Shown one piece after another: positions 9,182-16,396 of a stretch of 23,230 nt of DNA. Below the pieces are notes generated by a model that saw nothing but the letters and a program-made list of their open reading frames with translations, did not search any database and had not been told where the DNA came from. The stretch covers positions 1-23,230 of the forward strand of contig JBHLLF010000041.1 of assembly GCA_048885865.1 (NCBI GenBank). Direction: 5' to 3'. Both the position numbers and the translations under genes were made by a program. Source of the DNA: Candidatus Hermodarchaeota archaeon (GTDB lineage Archaea; Asgardarchaeota; Thorarchaeia; Thorarchaeales; Thorarchaeaceae). Position 1 is the stretch's first letter. Each line of letters starts with the position of its first letter.

Positions 9182-10801
9182 ATGGAGAAGGCTACCGGAT
9201 ACGTATTCCTCCTACTCTTCTTATTCATAGGCAGTGCCCTTCTTGTTCTGGACTTCCCTCTGCTATTTGCACCTCAGAGAAGTGATAGAGAAGTCGTCTT
9301 TAGATCTGGATACAATGATATTTCGAGGGATATGGTTGTGGATAGCCAAGGGAATGTGATAATTGTCGGGGGACGAATGGAGCGCGAGCAAACCTCGATT
9401 TCCAAATTCTATGCCCTGAAGGTTTCAGCAATTGGTGAAGAAGCATGGACCATGGTGTGGAACATCTCCCAATCTGACATGCTGACAAGTGTTGCAGTCG
9501 ACTCAGATGATAACATCCTCCTCGCCGGGATAGTTGGATTCAATCAGGCGAATTCAACTGGATTAGTCATGAAACTGAATCCTGATGGTGAGCTTATATG
9601 GGAGGTTGAGTTTCCCGGACTTGAGTATCACTGGTATTGGTGGCCTCCACGCAGTGCCTTTTTCGGGATTGAAATCGACACAGTTACTAACGACATCTAT
9701 GTTGTTGGTAGCCTTAGCGAAGTGACTCAACGAACTCTTATTGCCCGATTAAATAGTTCAGGTTCTGAACAGTGGCGAACCGAGTGGGCAGGGTCCTTAG
9801 AATTTAATGGCACAGATGCAACAACCTTCTGGTTAAGTTCCAATGATGAGATAATTGTGGCGGGTCGTGTATATGGAGAAGATGATCCATACTATCCTTT
9901 CATTGACTCCTTTATTGAGTGCTTTATTGCTGCGTTTGATTTCAATGGAACCTATAAGTGGAATTCCAGCTTACATTCCCCGTACTGGTCTGGAGTTGAA
10001 ATTGGGCAAAATGAGTTTGTGACCTCAACTGATTCTTGGAGAGGGTATAATCAGGTCACAAGGTATACGTACAACTTCGAAGAGCTCAGCAGCTTTGACC
10101 TTGTTGTAGAAATGCACTCCATTTCAATCGAAGGATTCAGCCTCAATGGGAGCGAGAACATAATTGGACATGGAAGAATAACAAGCCTGATCGCTGGAAA
10201 GTCCGTCACCAAAGAGATATCACCTTTATTCTCAGGTCCGCAAGCTCCTCAGACCCTCATACTTAGCACCACCATAGCTGGTGAGCTGGAATGGTATGAT
10301 TATCTTGTCCTAGGGCGCATGTCGGAACCTTGTGGAGCTGTATTCAACTCCGAGCACCAATTAATCATCGGGGGTCATACAAGCGAATGGTCCCTCTATG
10401 AGAATAATTTCTTCATCGTATTTGGATTCAGAAGAACGCCATTCTATCCTTCCTATCATTTGATTTTGCTAGGATTCTTCCCTGTCCTCAATATTCTCGC
10501 AGTGGCAATGTTTCATGAACTCTCAATCCTATTGAAAGAGGGAAGGTCATTTCTTGGAATTCGGCGGCCAGAATTGAATCTGAAGAATTCCATCGAAGGA
10601 CTTCTCAAGAGTCAACTGGTGATTTTCATATTCCTGTACGTTTTCCTCATTGGTTTCGTAGGAGGAGGTGGGCCTCCGCCTCTGCTCACGTATCTGCCGC
10701 AATGGGTTAGTGCGATGTTTTGGAGTCTTCCTCTCGGCATCTTGATCCTAGGACTTCTGTACTACAGGGAAAGAAGGCGACAACAAGGCGGGCTTGAATA
10801 G
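9182..10801 (+). CDS. Membrane-anchored extracellular beta-propeller protein (SBBP-like repeats) with C-terminal TM helices
   Basis: N-terminal hydrophobic segment. Repeated blades MVVDSQGNVIIVGG, VAVDSDDNILLAG, IEIDTVTNDIYVVG, WLSSNDEIIVAG and VFNSEHQLIIGG. About 3 C-terminal TM helices and many N-x-S/T sequons. Confidence 0.75.
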   Translation: MEKATGYVFLLLFLFIGSALLVLDFPLLFAPQRSDREVVFRSGYNDISRDMVVDSQGNVIIVGGRMEREQTSISKFYALKVSAIGEEAWTMVWNISQSDMLTSVAVDSDDNILLAGIVGFNQANSTGLVMKLNPDGELIWEVEFPGLEYHWYWWPPRSAFFGIEIDTVTNDIYVVGSLSEVTQRTLIARLNSSGSEQWRTEWAGSLEFNGTDATTFWLSSNDEIIVAGRVYGEDDPYYPFIDSFIECFIAAFDFNGTYKWNSSLHSPYWSGVEIGQNEFVTSTDSWRGYNQVTRYTYNFEELSSFDLVVEMHSISIEGFSLNGSENIIGHGRITSLIAGKSVTKEISPLFSGPQAPQTLILSTTIAGELEWYDYLVLGRMSEPCGAVFNSEHQLIIGGHTSEWSLYENNFFIVFGFRRTPFYPSYHLILLGFFPVLNILAVAMFHELSILLKEGRSFLGIRRPELNLKNSIEGLLKSQLVIFIFLYVFLIGFVGGGGPPPLLTYLPQWVSAMFWSLPLGILILGLLYYRERRRQQGGLE

Positions 10802-10839
10802 GTAGAAATAAGCAATCACACTGAACTAACGGATTTTGA

Positions 10840-10871
10840 AGAAAGCTGAAGGGACTCAAGAGCCGAGTCCC
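10840..10871 (-). terminator. Hairpin between convergent genes, putative terminator of the rubredoxin gene
   Basis: Perfect 7-bp inverted repeat GGGACTC (10851-10857) / GAGTCCC (10865-10871). On the minus strand it is followed by TTCAGCTTTCTT. Confidence 0.6.
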
Positions 10872-10889
10872 ATTGCATATTGGGGAATT

Positions 10890-11048
10890 CTAGATCTGTT
10901 CAAAGTCCTCTTTGCTAGCTCCACACATTGGACATACGAATTCATCCGGAAGATCCGCAAAAAGCGTGCCAGGTGCTATTCCGCTGTCTGGGTCACCAAG
11001 ATCTTCGTCGTAGACCCATCCGCAAACCAAGCATTCCCATTTAGCCAT
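10890..11048 (-). CDS. rub: Rubredoxin, 52 aa (not in the ORF track)
   Basis: Manual translation gives [52 protein letters not shown]. It has two CxxCG knuckles, GxVYD and PGTxFxDLP. AGGAG lies upstream of the ATG. Confidence 0.97.
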   Translation of the reverse strand: MAKWECLVCGWVYDEDLGDPDSGIAPGTLFADLPDEFVCPMCGASKEDFEQI

Positions 11049-11169
11049 GTTAGCAAACTCCTATACATACAACTTGGAACACCGCGTGCTAAAAGCAGCG
11101 CTGTTCTTCGCACGGCTTCAGAGATATTGAGATAAAAGGCTTCGCCTATCGCGTTTTTCAAAAATGCTG

Positions 11170-11214
11170 AAAGAAAAAGAGAGAGGGTACTCGTGCCCCG
11201 AAAGACACGAGACC
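11170..11214 (-). terminator. UUCG-capped hairpin plus pyrimidine tract, putative terminator of the 820-aa gene
   Basis: The minus strand reads CTCGTGTCT-TTCG-GGGCACGAG (9-bp stem with two G-U pairs, 11190-11211) and then CTCTCTCTTTTTCTTT. Confidence 0.7.
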
Positions 11215-11232
11215 TGTATTATGTTAAATCAA

Positions 11233-13695
11233 TTAACTCCTGCGTCTGACAATTAGTAATGCTACGCCGATTACAGCGACACCACCAATGCCAGCAACTA
11301 CATAGAGAGTTGGGATTCCCAGAATCTCACCCTCCCACCAGTTGCCGCCACCAACTACCTGAATCTGATAGCCTGGTGCAGACCATGTGTACCGGGCGGT
11401 ACCTGGCCATGCCTCGGCTGTATTAGGATTGAACGTGGACACTGTCGTGTTGAAATAGACACAGAATGCTGGAAAGTCCATGAACAGTCCACCATCAGTG
11501 GCTTGAACGCTGTAATCTATGGTCCAGGTCGCACCAGATGCGAGAGTTGCTCGTTGCCAGTACCAATCACGTTCACCATCGAATCCAGAGCTCATACCAT
11601 CCACGACAAGTACGTCATAGGCAGTTTCAGAACCGTAGTTGTGAACGGTGATAGTGAAATCGACCATTTCACCAACATTCACAGTCCTGTTGATTATGCC
11701 CTTTGTGACAACAAGGTATGGCCCATCGACGGCAAGTGCATCTGGATCTGCATCGAATGTCAGAGTGATGTCAGCGGCGTTCAGCGGCTCGAAAGTCATA
11801 GCAACGGGATCAACATTTGCTGCACCTAGGAAGCCAATACCTCCTAGCCATGAAGCACCCAAGTCTGCCATCAGATACGGTATGATATGTTCAGCGAAGT
11901 TCTCCATATCAACCATGTTGATGAGTGCTGTCTTTATTCCCGCGAGGTTGTCTGCAGCCATAGCAGTCCACAAGGCACCAAGAGCAATCTCCCAGTGGTC
12001 TTCCAAGAAAGCAGAAATCTCTTCCTTAGTCTGGAACTCGCTAGGCAAATCGACGCCACCAAAGTCCTTCAGAAGCGCTTCAATCCCATCACCGAATGTG
12101 TTAAGGTAGCCCTCAAGAGCTACTGGGTCGGCATAATAGTCGTTGTCCAGAATGTCCAACAGTCTATAGGAATCAAAGTATCCAATGAAGGCATCTAATA
12201 CTGCAGCCAAGGGATTGGATGCAGCTAAGGTTTCATCCACTCTGCTCATCAGTGCGTCGGGATTCATCCCTGCCTGCGCCATGATTTCTGCTAGTAAGTC
12301 AAAGTTCAGTTCCGTAACTGGTGTAGTTGGGAAGAACATTGGATCAGAGAAGTCCATGTTCAGAACCATCTGCCTCATGTCAGGCCATGGTGTAAGACTT
12401 CCCCATAGGGTGTCAACTGCGGATATAATTCCACTCTCAATATCGGTCGTGTTGAAGTTCAGCATCTGCGCATTTAGCTCAAGAGCAAGACCTTTTGGCA
12501 ATACAGAGAGTATCTCCTTTAAGGCATCACCGAGGGTGGTGTTCTCCTCTATGAACAAATAGGGCTCCATTGAAATATTGGTTGGTATTTCAAAGCTATC
12601 ATCAAGTGAGATCCAGGAGGCTGGTATCTCTGGAATTGATAACGGACCCGGAGATGCTCCAAGGATAGCTGAGATTGAGTTGGCTGTTGAGTCTTGGTCC
12701 ATCTTTGTCTGAATATTGCCTGTGTAGCCAACATGGTCCTTCAAGGAATATGTTTCATCACCTGCGACTGAATCTACAACACCAGGATATTCAAATCCAG
12801 CAAAGCCCACTACGCCACTCTGGACTTCTGTCGCCAGATCGGTGTGAGAGGCATCTGCTCTAATGTAGAAATTATAGCTACCTGCCATAAAATTGCCAAC
12901 AAATGAATCCATGTAGTCATAGTATGGAAGATAGTATCGTGGTATGTAGACTTCACCTGCAGATGTCATCAGAGCTGGCCAATCAGGAGAGCCTGCCAAG
13001 TCCATGAATCCACCCATGTTGGCAAGGCGATCTAGGAACAGAGGCATTGCTGTTTCACCCTGACTTGCAGTAAGAATGTCTATGTATGTCATCATGTACG
13101 TCATGCCGTAGTCATAGACTGGCGTGGTATTGTAGTAGTCGAACCACTGGGACGTATTGGTCTGGATTATCTCTAATCTGTCCATATCAAGTCCGAATGC
13201 GTTCTCATAGACTGTTACCGCTTCCTCAGCAATGGCAATAGCTTCGCTTGCACTAAGGTCTGTAAGTGAAGCCGAGTCCCGATCTACAGGAACTTCCCAG
13301 ATTGGATTTATAGCCAGCTGGAGAATAGCCATCGGACTTCCCACGGCCCCGTTGGGGAATGGTGTCAATCCGTTGAATATAAACTGCATTTGACTGACAT
13401 ATCCATCATCTGTGTTCATTTGATTAGTCACTATCGTCTCAAGTGCGGACGTGTGAGCGTAGTCATAATGCGTTGCATTTTGTACTGACGCTAATATATT
13501 GTACACTCCACCCCAGGCATCCACATAGGAGCCCATCCCTTCTATAGTGGCAACATTTGAAGGTCCATCCGCAGCCACCACCGCCGAAGAGATCTTGGAG
13601 TTCGGCGTGCCCTGCGTACTACCTGCAATCACTGGGAAGACCAGGGTCATCACAACGAATGCAGCTAGAAGCAGGTTGTTTCTTCTAGTACTCAT
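11233..13695 (-). CDS. Large secreted, C-terminally anchored cell-surface protein with a membrane-proximal DUF11/BatD/TRAP-beta-like Ig domain
   Basis: Signal peptide MSTRRNNLLLAAFVVMTLVFPVIA. Acidic body with many N-x-S/T sequons. LVVTK...VGEMVDFTITVHNYGSETAYDVLVVD motif, then a GGG linker, a TM helix and an RRRS tail. AAGGAG upstream. Confidence 0.85.
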   Translation of the reverse strand: MSTRRNNLLLAAFVVMTLVFPVIAGSTQGTPNSKISSAVVAADGPSNVATIEGMGSYVDAWGGVYNILASVQNATHYDYAHTSALETIVTNQMNTDDGYVSQMQFIFNGLTPFPNGAVGSPMAILQLAINPIWEVPVDRDSASLTDLSASEAIAIAEEAVTVYENAFGLDMDRLEIIQTNTSQWFDYYNTTPVYDYGMTYMMTYIDILTASQGETAMPLFLDRLANMGGFMDLAGSPDWPALMTSAGEVYIPRYYLPYYDYMDSFVGNFMAGSYNFYIRADASHTDLATEVQSGVVGFAGFEYPGVVDSVAGDETYSLKDHVGYTGNIQTKMDQDSTANSISAILGASPGPLSIPEIPASWISLDDSFEIPTNISMEPYLFIEENTTLGDALKEILSVLPKGLALELNAQMLNFNTTDIESGIISAVDTLWGSLTPWPDMRQMVLNMDFSDPMFFPTTPVTELNFDLLAEIMAQAGMNPDALMSRVDETLAASNPLAAVLDAFIGYFDSYRLLDILDNDYYADPVALEGYLNTFGDGIEALLKDFGGVDLPSEFQTKEEISAFLEDHWEIALGALWTAMAADNLAGIKTALINMVDMENFAEHIIPYLMADLGASWLGGIGFLGAANVDPVAMTFEPLNAADITLTFDADPDALAVDGPYLVVTKGIINRTVNVGEMVDFTITVHNYGSETAYDVLVVDGMSSGFDGERDWYWQRATLASGATWTIDYSVQATDGGLFMDFPAFCVYFNTTVSTFNPNTAEAWPGTARYTWSAPGYQIQVVGGGNWWEGEILGIPTLYVVAGIGGVAVIGVALLIVRRRS

Positions 13696-13865
13696 GAGTA
13701 ATTCTCCTTAGGAGTATTTTCTCGGTAGTATAGGGTATTAAGTCCCCTAACAAAAACACTACACGAACAGTAGAGTATGCAAAAAGTACGTATTTGAACC
13801 TTTGTCGCTTATTTCGGCATCTAGTGAACTCATGCTCGATGAAAAGCTATCTTCGCGGACACAGT

Positions 13866-15107
13866 CTACTCGTCTTCTTCTCCGGTGGATTCATCAGTAT
13901 CCACAAAATCCTCCAAAACCTCTGAATCTGGTTCGACCTCTGGTTCAGAAACATATTCTTCTCCCATAGGTTCAACTTCAGGTTCCTCTACTTCCTCATC
14001 TTCTGTGAGAACTGGAGCGTCTTCAGGTATAGGAGTTGGTTCCGGAGGGGCTCTGCCTACACGCCTGATGAAGAGTAGTGACATCAGGAGCGCAACGCCT
14101 GGAAAGAGGAAGAGCTTGATGATATCTGGAGCTTTCCCAAGTATTGGCAATATAGACGCCTCAAAGGCAGCTTCGACAACGAGATAGCCCGATGCCAAGA
14201 AGAATGTGAGAGTAGCTGCAAGCTCCTTCGAGATTTTCAGGCGTGTATCCAGATCAGATCTAGCTGATAGAGTTAGACCGACTGAACTCATAGCATAGAG
14301 TATGAAGAAGATGGACATGCCGATATCAACCAGCAATGATAGAATATCCAAGCCAACAATTTCAGGCTTCATTACATTGTAAAGAAAGTAGGCAACATAG
14401 AATGCAATGAAAAGACCCAGAAGAGCAAGGTTGTCGCCCATAGTCTTGTTACGATACCGAAGGATGAGAATTCCATTAAGGAAGTTGTAGCCCAATGCAA
14501 CTAGAAGACCAAGAACTGCCCCAATCAGCACTGGCACCTGAGCAGCATCCAGGAATAATGCAGGATTATAGATGAGCAAGACAAAGAAAGCACCAATCAT
14601 TACGACGTAACTGACTATATACAGAGATCCAAAGAACACTGTAACAGCTTTGGAACGATGTTCAATATCTACCATTTCTGCATATCCCAAGGCAGTCCTT
14701 GAGGACAAATACGCTTGAAGTGCAATCCATCCGAAGAAGGATATCCAGAAGAAGAATAGACTGTACAGAAATGGTGTGAAAATGAAGAGAACCGCATAAA
14801 CGACTGCGCTAACTCCGAGCCACGGAATGAATAGGATTAGGGAACGCCTGTAGGTTTCCTCATCTGCAAGGAACCGCTGTAGTCCAAGAATGGCTAAGAA
14901 TGAGGCGATGAGGAAGAATGTGGGGAATATCCCACCTATGACTGCAATCAGGCCAGTCGCGAAAAAGGGAAAGATTTGTCCCAAGCCTCTGACAATGAAC
15001 ACAAGAATCGCTGATATCAGAAAGATAAATGCAAACCATCGAAGCCTCTTGGACTCGAGGAAGAGCTTGACTCCTTTGATGAATCTAGTGATTATGGGGA
15101 TTTCCAT
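13866..15107 (-). CDS. Polytopic membrane protein (about 10 TM helices) with a Pro/Glu/Asp-rich C-terminal tail, function unknown
   Basis: About 345 aa of alternating hydrophobic helices followed by an acidic low-complexity tail of about 60 aa. GGAGGAATAGGAG immediately upstream. Confidence 0.85.
   Translation of the reverse strand: MEIPIITRFIKGVKLFLESKRLRWFAFIFLISAILVFIVRGLGQIFPFFATGLIAVIGGIFPTFFLIASFLAILGLQRFLADEETYRRSLILFIPWLGVSAVVYAVLFIFTPFLYSLFFFWISFFGWIALQAYLSSRTALGYAEMVDIEHRSKAVTVFFGSLYIVSYVVMIGAFFVLLIYNPALFLDAAQVPVLIGAVLGLLVALGYNFLNGILILRYRNKTMGDNLALLGLFIAFYVAYFLYNVMKPEIVGLDILSLLVDIGMSIFFILYAMSSVGLTLSARSDLDTRLKISKELAATLTFFLASGYLVVEAAFEASILPILGKAPDIIKLFLFPGVALLMSLLFIRRVGRAPPEPTPIPEDAPVLTEDEEVEEPEVEPMGEEYVSEPEVEPDSEVLEDFVDTDESTGEEDE
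13930..13985 (-). repeat. Short coding direct repeat (EPEVEP twice) in the acidic tail
   Basis: GGTTCGACCTCTGGTTC (13930-13946) and GGTTCAACTTCAGGTTC (13969-13985). Confidence 0.6.
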
Positions 15108-15158
15108 CTCCTATTCCTCCTTATGCTGCACATTGACAGAACGAGGTCGCTTTTATTT

Positions 15159-15632
15159 CTACGCCAACGCCTCTTTTAAAACATGCACAAGTTCAGCTTC
15201 TAGCGTAGGTTTCACTGTTGGTTTCTCAATTATCACAGCAACCTTATGGCCATCGCTATCAAATATCTGAATCCAAGGAATCGCTGTTACGCCCCATTCT
15301 TCCATCTCTGGAGGTGATGGTGGTATCTTCCACTGATGATCTGGGTCCAAGGGTGCTGTCTTTATTCCACCGAAGCATCGAACATCCAGCCCAATCTCCT
15401 CTTCCAAATGCATTAGAACTGGAAGCGCCGCTCTGCAATCCTTGCACCACCCTGCACTCATCACTACAAATACGAGGCCTTCAGCTAAAGTCTTGAGTTC
15501 CTGTGTCGACTGGGGATTCAGTTTGTAATCATCGTAGACCTCAAGAAATTGGCCTCCTGCCTTGCCTTCTATACTCTTGACATAATCTCTGGCATTCTTT
15601 GTTCTCTTTCTTATGTCGTCCAAGTCGACCAT
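15159..15632 (-). CDS. Thioredoxin-family protein (WCxDC, Thioredoxin_9-like)
   Basis: VVMSAGWCKDC active site and the cis-Pro segment GVTAIPW. Confidence 0.88.
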   Translation of the reverse strand: MVDLDDIRKRTKNARDYVKSIEGKAGGQFLEVYDDYKLNPQSTQELKTLAEGLVFVVMSAGWCKDCRAALPVLMHLEEEIGLDVRCFGGIKTAPLDPDHQWKIPPSPPEMEEWGVTAIPWIQIFDSDGHKVAVIIEKPTVKPTLEAELVHVLKEALA

Positions 15633-15738
15633 TGCGTTTCTGTCACGGACTGTGCCGCCTCTAAAAGGCTTCTATAGGGAAAGGACTGCTGACTTATGCA
15701 AACACGGAGTATGTCGCCCCAATGCTGAAATGTGATGA

Positions 15739-16317
15739 ATGCTGATTTCTCAAGCAAGCAAGGAGTGGTCCCACCTGGCAGAAGTCTACAAGGCCATCGT
15801 TCTTGGCCCACCAAACGTGGGGAAAAGCTCACTGATTAGACGTTATCAGGCAGGGGAATTCAGTGACGGGTATACTGCCACTGTCGGAATGGATATGAAA
15901 GCAGCTACGTTTGACTTCCCAGACGGTTCTGTTGTCCTCACAGTTGTTGACATCGGGGGACAGTCAACTTTCACCGGTCTAAGAAGCCGTTTCTTTGCTG
16001 GTTCTCATCATATGATTCTTGTCTTTGACAAGACTGACCGATCCACGTTTGACTCAATTCCAGAGTGGCATGGATCATTGACCAAGAATGTGAACATACC
16101 TGAGAAGCTCTTCCCAAGAGGGTCCCTCGTAGGCAATAAGGCTGATTTGAAGGACCAGGAGTCAGTCACCGCCGAGGAGGGCCAGAGGATGGCGGATATT
16201 TTGACTCTGGCCTATTTTGAGGCAAGTGCCAAAACGGGGCTGAATGTCGCAGAACTCTTTCTGCATGCTGCATCTGAATCCAGACAGCTAGTCAGGACAC
16301 GCGCCAGAGAGGCATAA
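15739..16317 (+). CDS. Rab-like (Ras superfamily) small GTPase
   Basis: G1 GPPNVGKSS, G2 YTATVG, G3 DIGGQ, G4 GNKAD and G5 EASAKTG. Degenerate RabF-like motifs VGMDM, RFFAGS and LVFDKT. No C-terminal Cys. The start may be further downstream (CTG 15775). Confidence 0.95.
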   Translation: MLISQASKEWSHLAEVYKAIVLGPPNVGKSSLIRRYQAGEFSDGYTATVGMDMKAATFDFPDGSVVLTVVDIGGQSTFTGLRSRFFAGSHHMILVFDKTDRSTFDSIPEWHGSLTKNVNIPEKLFPRGSLVGNKADLKDQESVTAEEGQRMADILTLAYFEASAKTGLNVAELFLHAASESRQLVRTRAREA

Positions 16318-16396
16318 TTGGAAATCACAAGTACAAGTCCCAACAGTTAAATCTCCAACCAAGTTCATCAGATTGATTTGATTCGAGGGATGCGTT

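Noticed and set aside
10836-11161. ORF-track entries 10836..11135 (+, 99 aa) and 10976..11161 (-, 61 aa)
   Set aside because: Both overlap the unambiguous rubredoxin gene (antisense or out of frame) and have no recognisable motifs.
11233-11335. Archaeosortase-type PGF/PEF-CTERM sorting signal on the 820-aa protein
   Set aside because: The TM helix and basic tail are present, but the preceding motif is LGIPTL rather than PGF/PEF, so it is treated as a plain membrane anchor.
11503-12863. Cluster of short + strand ORFs opposite the 820-aa gene, and similar shadow ORFs opposite the permease, racemase, MFS, fdhD, rsmA and the last gene
   Set aside because: They are antisense or alternate-frame shadows of well-supported long CDSs, with Ser/Ile/Pro-biased composition and no motifs.
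16280-16317. GTPase as a prenylated CAAX substrate of the neighbouring Ste24-like protease
   Set aside because: The C-terminus is RTRAREA with no cysteine.
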